IMG/VR virus record: IMGVR_UViG_3300044633_000831 | Reading direction: 5' to 3' (one strand) | From: an uncultured virus (IMG/VR IMGVR_UViG_3300044633_000831) | Lineage: Duplodnaviria; Heunggongvirae; Uroviricota; Caudoviricetes | Length of the DNA: 64,000 nucleotides | Shown here: positions 31,410 through 42,337 of the stretch, one piece after another | Numbering within the stretch: the first letter of the stretch is position 1 | How the letters are laid out: every line of letters begins with the position of its first letter | The notes under the pieces: model-generated | What the model saw: only the letters and a program-made list of their open reading frames with translations | Databases searched by the model: none | Told to the model about the DNA's origin: nothing | Translations under genes and position numbers: made by a program

Positions 31410-34400
31410 ATGGCTGAATTTAAATTAGGTAGAATACGTTTTATATGGAAAGGTGCGTGGGCATCTTCGACCGCGTATTTAAAAGACGATATCATTAGAA
31501 ATGGCGGTAAAACATATGTGTGTGTCGTTGGGCATACTAGTTCTGCAGATTTTACAACAGATCTTAGTAATGTACCAACTAGATGGAATCAAGTATCTGA
31601 CGGTACTGCATGGATGTCAGATTGGGCAATTAACACATATTATAGATTAAACGATGTAGTAAAGTATGGAGGTAAATTATATATTTGTACTACAACACAC
31701 ACATCTGCAGCAACTACTGCATTAGGGTTAGATGCTAATGCTGCTAACTGGGATGTGTATGCTACAGGTTTTAAATGGCAGTCAACTTGGACTACTTCAA
31801 CAAAATATAGAGTAAACGAAGTAGTAAAATATGGCGGTATTATATATGTTTGTAATACTAATCATGTTTCAGCTGCAACTGCAACATTAGGGTTAGAAAC
31901 TAACATTGGTTATTGGGACGTTTATCATAAAGGTTTTGATTATTTAGGACAATGGAGCGGCAGTTCAGTAAGATATAAAGCCAATGATTTAGTAAATTTT
32001 GGTGCAGATGTTTGGATTTGTATAACATACCATACATCGAGTGCGTCATTTGTTGAGGCAAATTGGTCAAGATTTATCGAAGGATTAACTTACGAAAATA
32101 CATGGTCAAGTGCTACTACATACCAACCAGGCGACATTGTTGGGTATGGCGGTTACTCATATATCAGCAAAACAATAAACAGCAACGCCACTCCGTCTAC
32201 AAGCACTACACACTGGGGATTATTTACTACTGGTTTTAACTTAATCGGTGATTGGGCATCTGCACAATCATATCAAGTTGGTAATGTTATAAGACTTGGC
32301 GGTTATACGTATGTTGCGATTTTAGACCATACATCAAGCGGTTCAAACACACCACCGAATGCAACATATTGGTCACGATTAAATTCTGGTATTAAATGGG
32401 CAAACGTTAATAAATCATATACAGCAGTTGCGGGAACTAATGTTAGTGGGACAGGTTCATCTGCAACATTTAACGTCTCAACTTCTGGTACATCGTACAC
32501 AGTTACCGTAAATGCAACCGGTACCGGTTATGCTGCAACTAACACTATTAAAATCTTAGGAACTGCAGTAGGCGGATTAAGTCCATTTAATGATATTTTA
32601 ATTACCGTTGCTACTATTTCAGGTAGTGCAATTGCTACTATTACATCCACTGGTTATGCTGCAACTTGGGCAACTGCAACTGGATATGTTGCAGGCGATT
32701 CAATTACAGTTGGTGCAAATTCGTACATCTGTATTCTTGCACATACTAGTGCTACTATTAATAGACCAGATAACGATGCATCAGGTACATACTGGAATGT
32801 ATTATCAGCAGGATCGTCAACATCTGTATTAACAACTACTGGTGATATTCCGTATATGAGCCAGTCTGGTCCGGCAAGATTAGGAATCGGTGTAGCTGGC
32901 CAAGTATTAAAAGTTTCATCGGCCTTAGTGCCATCATGGGGTTATGTTGGTGTTATTGATCAAGTTTATTATGTAAGCCCTGCAGGTACTAATAATCCAG
33001 CACCTGATTATGGGGTTACTTTAGATCGCCCATGGTTAACTGTACGTTATGCAACCGAACAAGTCGAACGAGGTTCTTTAATTCCAAATGGATCGTATTT
33101 ACTTGCAAGAAATAGAAGTTATATTCAACAGGAGGTAACTGGGTGGATCGATGCGCAAGTTACTGGTTCAATTGCACCTTATGTTAGTTTTACATACCCT
33201 ACAAGTAAAGCAAGTTACCAAAGCTATATTGGATATGCAGTAGACGCATTAGTTTATGACTTATCACACGGCGGTAATGCTCGATCTGTTGCATTTGCAC
33301 AAACCTATTATGCAAATTCTTCAAGAACACAAGACGTTGCTACGTTTAATCGTATGGTTACTGTCATTAATGCAGTCATTGCAAATACCGCACCCGGTAC
33401 TACCTATTCAGCAATTAACCGTATTAGTGATTCTACTAGAACATTAGAATCAACTGCTACTACATTAGTAACTAATTTAGTAAAAATTATAACTGATGCA
33501 TTAACTGCAGGTGTTAATACTAATATCCCGTCGGTAGTAAATACCAATTATACAATTTTTGTTAAGACTGGAATTTATTATGAAACATTACCTATAATTA
33601 TTCCAGCTAACACTGCAATTGTAGGTGACGAATTACGTTCTTCTAACATCCGACCAAGAAGTACATCTATTCCAACTACTGATACAACTTATAGTTTAGC
33701 AGCAGTGACTAGATTGAGTGCTATTATTGCAACGGTATTAACAAATAGCGCAGTAACGGTGTCATCAGGAAATACAGCAACACAAGTAACTACTCGCCCA
33801 TCGAGTTCAATTTCGGCAAGTACACTTACTACGTTATTTACAAATTATAAAGATTATATCAATTTTTATATTAATAGTAGTGGTTCTGCACCTACATTAA
33901 CTGGTACAGTAGCACCAACTACAGCTCAGGCAAATTATGATGCAGTTGAAATACTAGAGGCAAATAAAGAATTTTTAGCGCAAGAGGCAGTTGCATATAC
34001 TAACGTTACCTACAGCACATCTGTGTCAGCAACTGCTGCTAATGGTAATATTACAGTTACAAGTTCAACTAACTTTGCAGTTGGAATGCCAGTTGTGTTT
34101 AGTGGTACAGTTGGCGCATCAGGTATAGTAGTTGGAACTGTTTATTATGTTAAGACGTCGGCTGCTAACGTTCTTACTGTTGCAGCAACATCTGGCGGTA
34201 CTACGTTAACATGGACTGCTGCATCAGGGTTAACTGCTACTGTTAAATTATCATATGATTCTACAATGTGTGCTCGTGATGTTAGAGAATTAGTAAATGC
34301 TATAAAATATGATTTAGTGTATGTAGGTAACTACAGAACTCTATTAGCTGCTCGTTATTACAGACGCAGTGTTCAAACTTCAGTACTTGAAGATATGTTC

Positions 34401-37400
34401 TATGTACGTAACGCAACTGGTTTACGTAATGTTACAGTTCAAGGGTTAACTGGTACATTAGGAACTGCTAATGGATATGGAACACGACGACCAACTGCAG
34501 GTGCGTATGTTAGTTTAGATCCAGGTTGGGGTGCTGCTGATACGCGTACATGGATTTCTTCACGTAGTCCGTATATTCAAAATGTTACAACATTTGGTAC
34601 CGGGTGTACTGGTTTAAAAATTGATGGTACATTACATAACGGCGGGAACCGTTCTATTGTAGCAAACGATTTTACACAAATTATAAGTGACGGTATCGGT
34701 GCATGGTGTACAGGTACAAAGGCGTTAACTGAATTAGTATCAGTATTCTCATATTACGCACATATTAGTTACCTAGCTGAAAACGGTGGTAAAATTCGTG
34801 CAACAAATGGTAATAGTTCTTACGGTACATATGGTACAGTTGCTGAGGGCGTTGATTCATCCGAAACTACATTAACTGCAACTGTTAACAACCGTGCTAG
34901 TCAAGCAAATATTTCAAATGTTGTAACAAATGCGGTTGATAAAATTTATCGTGTAGAATATTTAAATGCCGGCACTGGATATAACACTGCAACTTACTCA
35001 TTTGTTGGTACAGGATATGGGGTTGCAACAGTAGCTAATGAATTTAGAGATAATGCTGTATATGAAACTCGTTTATTAACAAATGGTGCAAACTATGTAA
35101 CAACATCAAATACCGGACAAGCTGGTAATACAACACAAGTTACTATTGCAGCAACTGATAGTGCAATTAGTTCAGCATATACCGGTATGAGAATTCAGTT
35201 AAATGGTGGTGCTGGTGCTGGACAAAGTGGTTACATTGTAAGTTATAATTCAGGATCAAAAATTGCGCTAGTTGCAAAAGAAAGTTTCCCAGCTATGACC
35301 GCAACTGCTACGACTGCAAGTTCGGATTTAATCACAGTTGCAAGTACAAGTACGTTAACCGCAAACATGCCAATTTATTTTGGTGCAGCACTTGCTAATA
35401 TTTCAGCGAATACTTTATATTACGTTAAAACTATTTCAAGTACAACGCAATTTAGTATTAGTACAATTGCGGCTGGTTCTGTGTTTGATATTACTAGTGA
35501 TACATCATCGCAAACAGTAGCAGTACACGCAGCAGGTTGGGATCATGCTGTTTTGGGTACGCCTATTGTATCTGCGTTAGATGTTACAACCACTTATACT
35601 ATTGAACCAAGAATCGTTTTTTCTTCGCCAACTTATAGTACTGCAGGAAACACAATTTCATCAAACTCATGGATTGATATAGCATATGGTGACACTATTG
35701 CTACATATACTGCAGTTAGTGCATCCGGTGGTTCTGGAGCTAGTGCTACATTTACTGTTGTAAGAACAGGCGTTGCATACTCAGTAACATTAGCATCCGG
35801 TGGTACCGGCTATGCAATTGGTAATTTTCTTCAAATTGCAGGTACTAGTTTAGGTGGATCGTTAGGCAACGTGCTTGGTATTACAGTAACTAACGTAGTT
35901 AGCGGAACTGGTGTAATTACTAATTTTACTTATAGCGGATTTGGTGCAGGCGGTAACTTTGTTGCTATTACAAGTGCCGCAAGTACTACAACATTAATAA
36001 GTACAAACGGTTCATCATGGTCAGCAGGTGGAGCAATACTATCATCAAATTGGGTTGCTATTGCGTACGGTGTAGTAAGTGGTAATGGTTATTGGGTTAC
36101 TGTACAAAATGGTTCTAATGTTACAGCTTATTCTACAAACGGTGGAGTTTCGTGGACTCAAGGCGGGACATTAAGCTCAAATTCAAACTGGGCTTCCATT
36201 GCATACGGTAATGGTAAATTTATAGCAGTAGTAAAAGGATCACCTAGCACTGTTGCTAACATTACCTCAAACGGGGGAGTTAACTGGTCTACAACCGGAG
36301 CTCTTCCGTCAGATACTGGCTGGACTAGTATTGCATATGGTGCAGGTACATGGGTAGTTGTATCATCTGGCGGTAATGCTGCAGCATATTCTACTAATGA
36401 TGGAACGTCATGGACTGCTACGACTACGCCGTCTGTAGTATCATGGCAAAGTGTTACATACGGTAATGGTAAATTTGTAGCAGTAGCAAACGGTACAGCA
36501 GCAGCATATTCATTAGACGGTATTACATGGTATAGTGTAACTTTACCAGTAAGTTCAAACTGGTCAAAAGTTAGATATGGACAAGGGGTGTTTGCAATAG
36601 TATCAAGTTCATCAACTAATACATTATTATCGTCAGAAGACGGATTATTTTGGACTACTAGAACACTACCTGTTACTGCAGCGTGTTATGCAATTGCATT
36701 TGGAAGTTCTACTGCTGGCTCATCTATCACACCATATTGGGCAATTTTGCCGCAATCAAATACATCTAACATGTACTTAATACTAGGTGCAACTGCTAGA
36801 GGACGTGTAAAAGTAACAAATGGTGCTATTAGTGAATTTAGAATCGTTGAGCCAGGTGGCAGTTATTTATCAGCACCAACTTTTACTATTACTGATCCAA
36901 ATGCTACTACTGCATTTACCTATACAGTCAGAACGGGAACTGGTGTATTAGCTAATCCAACATTTACTAATAGAGGAACGCAATATGCATCGTCAACAGC
37001 TACTGTAACTGGTAATGGATATACTGATATGTATCAAGTTGGTAGTTATGTAAATGTATCCGGATTAATTAGTCAACCAATTCCAGGTTCAAATATTGTA
37101 TTTACTGGAAATTCTACTGTTTATAAAGTAGTAGCAGTAACTAATTATCTAAGTTCAGGCGCAGGGATTGCACCATATAATGCAACTATTCAAGTTAGTC
37201 CTGTAATGTCAGCTGCACTTGCTCCTGCACACGCAGTAACCGCAACTATGCGTATTAACTATAGTCAAGTTAGGTTAACTGGGCACGATTTCTTAAACAT
37301 TGGTACAGGTAATATTGCAAATACAAATTATCCAGGTACTCCAAATTTAGCAGTTGATAGTACTAAACAAACTGTTCAATTTGGCGGTGGACGTGTATTC

Positions 37401-37826
37401 TTTACTAGTACTGATCAAGATGGTAACTTTAATGTTGGTAATTTGTTCTCAGTACAACAATCAACTGGTGTTGCAACATTAAACGCTGATGCATTTAACA
37501 TTGCAGGGTTAAACCAGTTAACTATCGGATCTGTAACACTAGGCGGAACAAGTGCTACAATTACTTCGTTCTCAACTGATCCATATTTTACTTCAAATAG
37601 CGACAGTTTAGTTCCAACACAAAAGGCAATTAAATCGTATATTAATAGTCAGATAGGTGGCGGCGGTAGTTCATTAAACGTAAATACACTAACTGCCGGT
37701 GTAGTGTTTGTTTCAGGTGACACTATTTCAACTACAACAGGTGTACAAATTAACGTAACAAGTAAGTTTTATTTTATAGGTGGTGTTGAAGGATCTCCTT
37801 TATCATTATCATACTTTTTAGTATAA
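31410..37826 (+). CDS. Giant fibre/spike protein, paralog of 24992
   Basis: MAEFKL..IRF.WKG.W start; near-identical beta-helix core and QVRLTGHD/STDQDGNF C-terminal block. Confidence 0.8.
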   Translation: MAEFKLGRIRFIWKGAWASSTAYLKDDIIRNGGKTYVCVVGHTSSADFTTDLSNVPTRWNQVSDGTAWMSDWAINTYYRLNDVVKYGGKLYICTTTHTSAATTALGLDANAANWDVYATGFKWQSTWTTSTKYRVNEVVKYGGIIYVCNTNHVSAATATLGLETNIGYWDVYHKGFDYLGQWSGSSVRYKANDLVNFGADVWICITYHTSSASFVEANWSRFIEGLTYENTWSSATTYQPGDIVGYGGYSYISKTINSNATPSTSTTHWGLFTTGFNLIGDWASAQSYQVGNVIRLGGYTYVAILDHTSSGSNTPPNATYWSRLNSGIKWANVNKSYTAVAGTNVSGTGSSATFNVSTSGTSYTVTVNATGTGYAATNTIKILGTAVGGLSPFNDILITVATISGSAIATITSTGYAATWATATGYVAGDSITVGANSYICILAHTSATINRPDNDASGTYWNVLSAGSSTSVLTTTGDIPYMSQSGPARLGIGVAGQVLKVSSALVPSWGYVGVIDQVYYVSPAGTNNPAPDYGVTLDRPWLTVRYATEQVERGSLIPNGSYLLARNRSYIQQEVTGWIDAQVTGSIAPYVSFTYPTSKASYQSYIGYAVDALVYDLSHGGNARSVAFAQTYYANSSRTQDVATFNRMVTVINAVIANTAPGTTYSAINRISDSTRTLESTATTLVTNLVKIITDALTAGVNTNIPSVVNTNYTIFVKTGIYYETLPIIIPANTAIVGDELRSSNIRPRSTSIPTTDTTYSLAAVTRLSAIIATVLTNSAVTVSSGNTATQVTTRPSSSISASTLTTLFTNYKDYINFYINSSGSAPTLTGTVAPTTAQANYDAVEILEANKEFLAQEAVAYTNVTYSTSVSATAANGNITVTSSTNFAVGMPVVFSGTVGASGIVVGTVYYVKTSAANVLTVAATSGGTTLTWTAASGLTATVKLSYDSTMCARDVRELVNAIKYDLVYVGNYRTLLAARYYRRSVQTSVLEDMFYVRNATGLRNVTVQGLTGTLGTANGYGTRRPTAGAYVSLDPGWGAADTRTWISSRSPYIQNVTTFGTGCTGLKIDGTLHNGGNRSIVANDFTQIISDGIGAWCTGTKALTELVSVFSYYAHISYLAENGGKIRATNGNSSYGTYGTVAEGVDSSETTLTATVNNRASQANISNVVTNAVDKIYRVEYLNAGTGYNTATYSFVGTGYGVATVANEFRDNAVYETRLLTNGANYVTTSNTGQAGNTTQVTIAATDSAISSAYTGMRIQLNGGAGAGQSGYIVSYNSGSKIALVAKESFPAMTATATTASSDLITVASTSTLTANMPIYFGAALANISANTLYYVKTISSTTQFSISTIAAGSVFDITSDTSSQTVAVHAAGWDHAVLGTPIVSALDVTTTYTIEPRIVFSSPTYSTAGNTISSNSWIDIAYGDTIATYTAVSASGGSGASATFTVVRTGVAYSVTLASGGTGYAIGNFLQIAGTSLGGSLGNVLGITVTNVVSGTGVITNFTYSGFGAGGNFVAITSAASTTTLISTNGSSWSAGGAILSSNWVAIAYGVVSGNGYWVTVQNGSNVTAYSTNGGVSWTQGGTLSSNSNWASIAYGNGKFIAVVKGSPSTVANITSNGGVNWSTTGALPSDTGWTSIAYGAGTWVVVSSGGNAAAYSTNDGTSWTATTTPSVVSWQSVTYGNGKFVAVANGTAAAYSLDGITWYSVTLPVSSNWSKVRYGQGVFAIVSSSSTNTLLSSEDGLFWTTRTLPVTAACYAIAFGSSTAGSSITPYWAILPQSNTSNMYLILGATARGRVKVTNGAISEFRIVEPGGSYLSAPTFTITDPNATTAFTYTVRTGTGVLANPTFTNRGTQYASSTATVTGNGYTDMYQVGSYVNVSGLISQPIPGSNIVFTGNSTVYKVVAVTNYLSSGAGIAPYNATIQVSPVMSAALAPAHAVTATMRINYSQVRLTGHDFLNIGTGNIANTNYPGTPNLAVDSTKQTVQFGGGRVFFTSTDQDGNFNVGNLFSVQQSTGVATLNADAFNIAGLNQLTIGSVTLGGTSATITSFSTDPYFTSNSDSLVPTQKAIKSYINSQIGGGGSSLNVNTLTAGVVFVSGDTISTTTGVQINVTSKFYFIGGVEGSPLSLSYFLV

Positions 37827-37834
37827 AAACATAG

Positions 37835-37860
37835 TATTGCTACTCCTAGGAGTAGCAATA
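37835..37860. repeat. Perfect 26-bp palindrome in an intergenic region
   Basis: TATTGCTACTCCT-AGGAGTAGCAATA. Confidence 0.9.
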
Positions 37861-37891
37861 TAGCCAAAATTATAACATATGGAGAAATATA

Positions 37892-38212
37892 ATGGCATCA
37901 GGAATATTAGGATCAGCTGATCTAGCAGCAACTACAAATACAACATTGTATACCGTGCCTGCAACTACGTTTACCGTAGCAACAGTCTCAATTTGCAATA
38001 GAGGGACATCGGCTGTATTAGTTCGGTTAGCATTAGCATCTGCTGCATCACCAGCTGCTAGCGAATATATTGAATATGACATAACAATACCACCAAAAGG
38101 AGTTGTTGAAAGAACCGGTTTAGTATTAAATGCAGCTAAACTAATTGTAGTATACTCGAGTGCAGCTTTAGTTTCTGCTGTTGCATACGGTATCGAAACT
38201 TCAACCGTATAA
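37892..38212 (+). CDS. Small beta-sandwich virion protein (paralog family)
   Basis: TLYTVPA..TVSICNR...EYIEYD..IP...ERTG.VL pattern; GGAG RBS. Confidence 0.75.
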   Translation: MASGILGSADLAATTNTTLYTVPATTFTVATVSICNRGTSAVLVRLALASAASPAASEYIEYDITIPPKGVVERTGLVLNAAKLIVVYSSAALVSAVAYGIETSTV

Positions 38213-38237
38213 ATAATAGATAACGAGGAATTTTTAA

Positions 38238-41200
38238 ATGGGTAGAATATACACAGCACCAACAATCAACAAATCAGTAATTAACAACTCAATTACTAGT
38301 ACATTATCAGCTGTATACACTAACGCCACTGGTGCAGGCGCAGAATTACGTGCAGTTAATATTAACGGTTTACAAAATAATGCAACAATAAACACAACTG
38401 CTAGCGGTGCATCAGAATGGACACATTTTGGATCAAATGTTAATCCTATTATTAGTTATAGCGGCCCATCTACATACGGAGTTGGTGAACCATATCAAGT
38501 ACAATTAAGTGCAAATCGTGTATTGTTATTTTTCCTTCCTCATTCACATCACCGTTGTGGAAGTTTAGATTTCTTTGGTGGAAATATGATCCACACACAA
38601 ATCGTTGAATATCAAACTAACAAATATGTGGCTGGACCAATTCAAAATCACACATTACCTTTTGCTTGGTTTTCTGATTTTAGCTATAACTTGTGGTCTA
38701 AACCAGATAGTGGTTCTGGTTCCTGGCAACTACCTTGCTGGAGAGCAACTGCACTTACCGCAAATAAAGTAGTGGTTGTTTGCCAACAACGTAGTACCAC
38801 CAACTCAAAACAGATAATGAGATTTACAATTACTGGAAATACTGTTGATCATACCGTTACAAACTTAGATATGTCAACCCAATTTGGTAACAATCCCTCG
38901 TACCCATTTTCAATAGAGACTGTTCCTGACAATACTAATAAAGTAATTGTTGCATCAGGGACATCGAGTGGTAACTGGAGTGCGCAAGCCTATAACATTC
39001 CTGACACTGGTTCAATTACTGCTGCAGGTTCTATACAAAGTCTTGGTATTGCACAATCAGTATACAATATTGGTATGTGTAAAATGGTAAAAACCGCAAC
39101 GGCAAACATTACACCTTACTTGTTTGCAGTAACAACGGCTGCCACCACTAGCCAAGCAATTGCATTCAACTTTAACTCAAGTACTAACGCATGGACAATT
39201 GCAGCCACCGCTGTAACATTAACCGCTGTCAGCTCCACCCACACTGGATTAGAATGTGCGTGTTTATCCACAGGAACCAACGTTAACGCAGTTATTGCAG
39301 CCACCACTGGAAATGGTGCGTCTGACGGGTTAGTGACTTTCTATCGTCAAACCAGCTCAACGACATTATCTAACACCAGAACCCAGCTTACAACACAACA
39401 CACTAGTATGAAAACTATAACTGAACAATACCAATGGGGTGATGAAAGAGTCGTATTTATAGGTGAATACGGGTGTTTAGTATGTTATGATAGTGCAGGT
39501 GTTGCAACTAATTTAATCAGTGGATTAAATGAAAGTACTAACACAACTCGATATTCAACTAAATGGTATCCGTTTAACAGTCGCCCATTGTATATATATT
39601 ATGATCCTGCGACTATTAATGCACACGCATCCGGTAATTATAAAGCACGTATTAATTCTACTAGCAGTGCTACAAGTGTTGGTCAAACCGCCCACACTGG
39701 TAACTATTTGCCATGGGGCTATAACTACGGTGATGGATATGCGTGGAATGAACCAGCAGGCTGCTGGATGGTATGTCAAGGCGGTAGAATTTATGCAATG
39801 AATACATCTGGTGTTGTATTGAGTGAAGTACTTCTCAGCTCAATGAATGCAACATTAAATTACCTGTATGCCGCAACCCAAATCCAAGTAACACCAACTG
39901 GTAGATTACTAATTGGTATTGAATATGGGAATAGAGTGCATGCAGGTACAAGCTACGGGCCACATAATACTAATGGCACATTTGGTAACAACTGTCTCGC
40001 GTTAGTTACTGAAGCAATGACATCTTACACCCAATTGCCAACTTTAAAATCACAGCAACCTCTAGTAGGTATGAGCGGCGGTGCATTATGTAACATGGTA
40101 TACTTTAGTGAACAAACGAGTGCAACAAACACCACGGAAATGGCGTATTTGCTATACATGGGATCTTCTGGAACATACATTCGTATGGGGTGGTTTAATG
40201 GTTCTACATGGAGTGATTTAGGTAACACTGGTATGAATTTCAGCGATGGAACATGGACTATAGGTTATCGGCCAAATTTCAAATTGATTCAAGATACCCC
40301 ATGTTCAGCAACTCTCTCAAGAGGGCTATGGAGAATAATTGGATCATATTTTCCTAGCAGTGCTGGTAACTATGCCGCACATGGTATGAGTGCTGCATAT
40401 GCTGTTGCCGCAAACCTAGGTAGTTTTACCACAACAACCTACCCATTAAACGGTAGATCCGGTAGTGACAGCCAAGTTACTCAAGGATGGGGTACACCGA
40501 TGCATGTGCATTGTGGTTCTAAATCTGGTACGCAAGTTGCGATGATGTATGACGAATATCTAGGAATGCCAAGAATATATGCGTCAATCAATGGGCGGTT
40601 AAATGATTGGCAAGGTTATTACACACCATGGGCGCCGCAATCAGTATTATCAACTAATTCTACTGGAAATTTAATTTCTGTTGCAAGTACTACTGGTATG
40701 TATACTAACATGGCAGTTAGATTTAATGGTACCGCATATGGTAATATTACTGCTGGTACAACCTACTATGTATTAGCCGGATTTACCGCAACCACATTTT
40801 CAGTAAGTACAATAGTTGGTGGAAGTGCATTAACATTATCATCAGCAACTGGTAGTGCGATGACAGTATCATTGTATACTAGCCATAGATGGGCACAAAT
40901 CGTTGCTTCAAAAATGGGATATGCTGTTACTTTACAAAACACAGCACAAATTGACCAACAAGCATTTAACTATAATTTTAACACCGTTGATTCGACTATT
41001 CATCAATCAACCCAAATTGCAACAATTGGTAGTGGATGGATTGTATTACACAGAACTGGTAAAAATTCATGGCAATTATATAACTCAACCGCATCGCTTA
41101 ATAATACTTACACCGCATACGGATTACCAGACGATGTTAAATTCTATTTAACATTAGATGATAATGCAGGCAACGTATTTTATTTAAACAATGGTCAGAC

Positions 41201-41339
41201 ACTTAGTCCAAGTGACACAACCACCGGATTATTCCGTAGTGAAACATTTTATCAAATACCAAATGGTTATAGTATTAAAGCGTCGTGTGATACACCAAAT
41301 GTTATTGCGATACTATTAACCATTAAGGAGATTCAGTAA
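38238..41339 (+). CDS. Large receptor-binding / beta-propeller-like virion protein
   Basis: 1033 aa, beta-rich and aromatic; TATAAATA at 38208-38215. Confidence 0.7.
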   Translation: MGRIYTAPTINKSVINNSITSTLSAVYTNATGAGAELRAVNINGLQNNATINTTASGASEWTHFGSNVNPIISYSGPSTYGVGEPYQVQLSANRVLLFFLPHSHHRCGSLDFFGGNMIHTQIVEYQTNKYVAGPIQNHTLPFAWFSDFSYNLWSKPDSGSGSWQLPCWRATALTANKVVVVCQQRSTTNSKQIMRFTITGNTVDHTVTNLDMSTQFGNNPSYPFSIETVPDNTNKVIVASGTSSGNWSAQAYNIPDTGSITAAGSIQSLGIAQSVYNIGMCKMVKTATANITPYLFAVTTAATTSQAIAFNFNSSTNAWTIAATAVTLTAVSSTHTGLECACLSTGTNVNAVIAATTGNGASDGLVTFYRQTSSTTLSNTRTQLTTQHTSMKTITEQYQWGDERVVFIGEYGCLVCYDSAGVATNLISGLNESTNTTRYSTKWYPFNSRPLYIYYDPATINAHASGNYKARINSTSSATSVGQTAHTGNYLPWGYNYGDGYAWNEPAGCWMVCQGGRIYAMNTSGVVLSEVLLSSMNATLNYLYAATQIQVTPTGRLLIGIEYGNRVHAGTSYGPHNTNGTFGNNCLALVTEAMTSYTQLPTLKSQQPLVGMSGGALCNMVYFSEQTSATNTTEMAYLLYMGSSGTYIRMGWFNGSTWSDLGNTGMNFSDGTWTIGYRPNFKLIQDTPCSATLSRGLWRIIGSYFPSSAGNYAAHGMSAAYAVAANLGSFTTTTYPLNGRSGSDSQVTQGWGTPMHVHCGSKSGTQVAMMYDEYLGMPRIYASINGRLNDWQGYYTPWAPQSVLSTNSTGNLISVASTTGMYTNMAVRFNGTAYGNITAGTTYYVLAGFTATTFSVSTIVGGSALTLSSATGSAMTVSLYTSHRWAQIVASKMGYAVTLQNTAQIDQQAFNYNFNTVDSTIHQSTQIATIGSGWIVLHRTGKNSWQLYNSTASLNNTYTAYGLPDDVKFYLTLDDNAGNVFYLNNGQTLSPSDTTTGLFRSETFYQIPNGYSIKASCDTPNVIAILLTIKEIQ

Positions 41340-42337
41340 TGTTTTTTAAGCAATTAACAAATTCTTTTGGCTTAACTAATACCACAACTGGATTTACCAC
41401 TATTACAAGTTTTGGAACTGGAAGTAGTGGTACTAGCAGTGTAATACCGTTGACGAAAGATAACTGTGGACAAATCACTTATTTTAGACCAGGTACATAT
41501 ACTTGGGTATGCCCTGCAGGGGTTACCGCTGTATCAGTAGTATGTATCGGTGGTGGTGGTGGTGGATACAACGGTTGGGCAAATGCTGCCGGTTCAGGTG
41601 GTGGTCTAGGCTGGAAGAATAATATCTCAGTTTCGCCAGGGGGATCTTATACTGTTGCGGTCGGTGACGGAGGTACTAAAAATGGCAATGTAGGCGCAGC
41701 TAGTTATTTCATATCTACAAGTGTTGTTGCCGGATTCGGTGGTGGAAACGCTACATCCGGCGGAGACACTAACGGCCCAAATAAAAACGTTTATGGTGGC
41801 GGATGGGTCGGTGATGGTGGCGGCGCTGGCGGTAACGCCAGCTACGCAGGTGGCGGCGGCGCTGGCGGATATACAGGTAATGGCGGCGGCACTAATTCTT
41901 TACCTGCGGCAAACTCAGGCGGCGCCTGCGGCGGTGGATATTATAGTTCAACATACGGTACCGGTGCTGGAGGCGGTACCGGAATTAATGGTAAAGGCGA
42001 AACCGCCAGCGGCTGGTGGCATGGTAATTTATATATTGGTACAACTAATATTTCTTTTAGTACTGACGCAGGTAATGGTGGAGGTGGGCAAGGCGGAAGC
42101 GGTGGTAGTAGAGGAATGAGTGGGCAAAATCCATGGACGAGCAATGGTGAAGGAGCTAACACTAATTGTATGGGAGGATTGTATGGCGGAGGAGGCGGCG
42201 GTCCTGGTACATCCTGGCCAAGTAACCCTGGTATAGGAGGCTGGGGCGCGGTTAAGCTAATATGGACAACTGTTCCCGTTGATTCTAATAATCCAGGAAG
42301 GCTGTTCCCATCAACAAATACGGCGGATATATCATGA
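41339..42337 (+). CDS. Glycine-rich adhesin-like protein (gp38-like polyglycine)
   Basis: PG.YTW.CPAGVT.V.VVCIGGGG, GGGLGWKNNI.V.PG, many polyGly motifs; TAATG coupling. Confidence 0.75.
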   Translation: MFFKQLTNSFGLTNTTTGFTTITSFGTGSSGTSSVIPLTKDNCGQITYFRPGTYTWVCPAGVTAVSVVCIGGGGGGYNGWANAAGSGGGLGWKNNISVSPGGSYTVAVGDGGTKNGNVGAASYFISTSVVAGFGGGNATSGGDTNGPNKNVYGGGWVGDGGGAGGNASYAGGGGAGGYTGNGGGTNSLPAANSGGACGGGYYSSTYGTGAGGGTGINGKGETASGWWHGNLYIGTTNISFSTDAGNGGGGQGGSGGSRGMSGQNPWTSNGEGANTNCMGGLYGGGGGGPGTSWPSNPGIGGWGAVKLIWTTVPVDSNNPGRLFPSTNTADIS

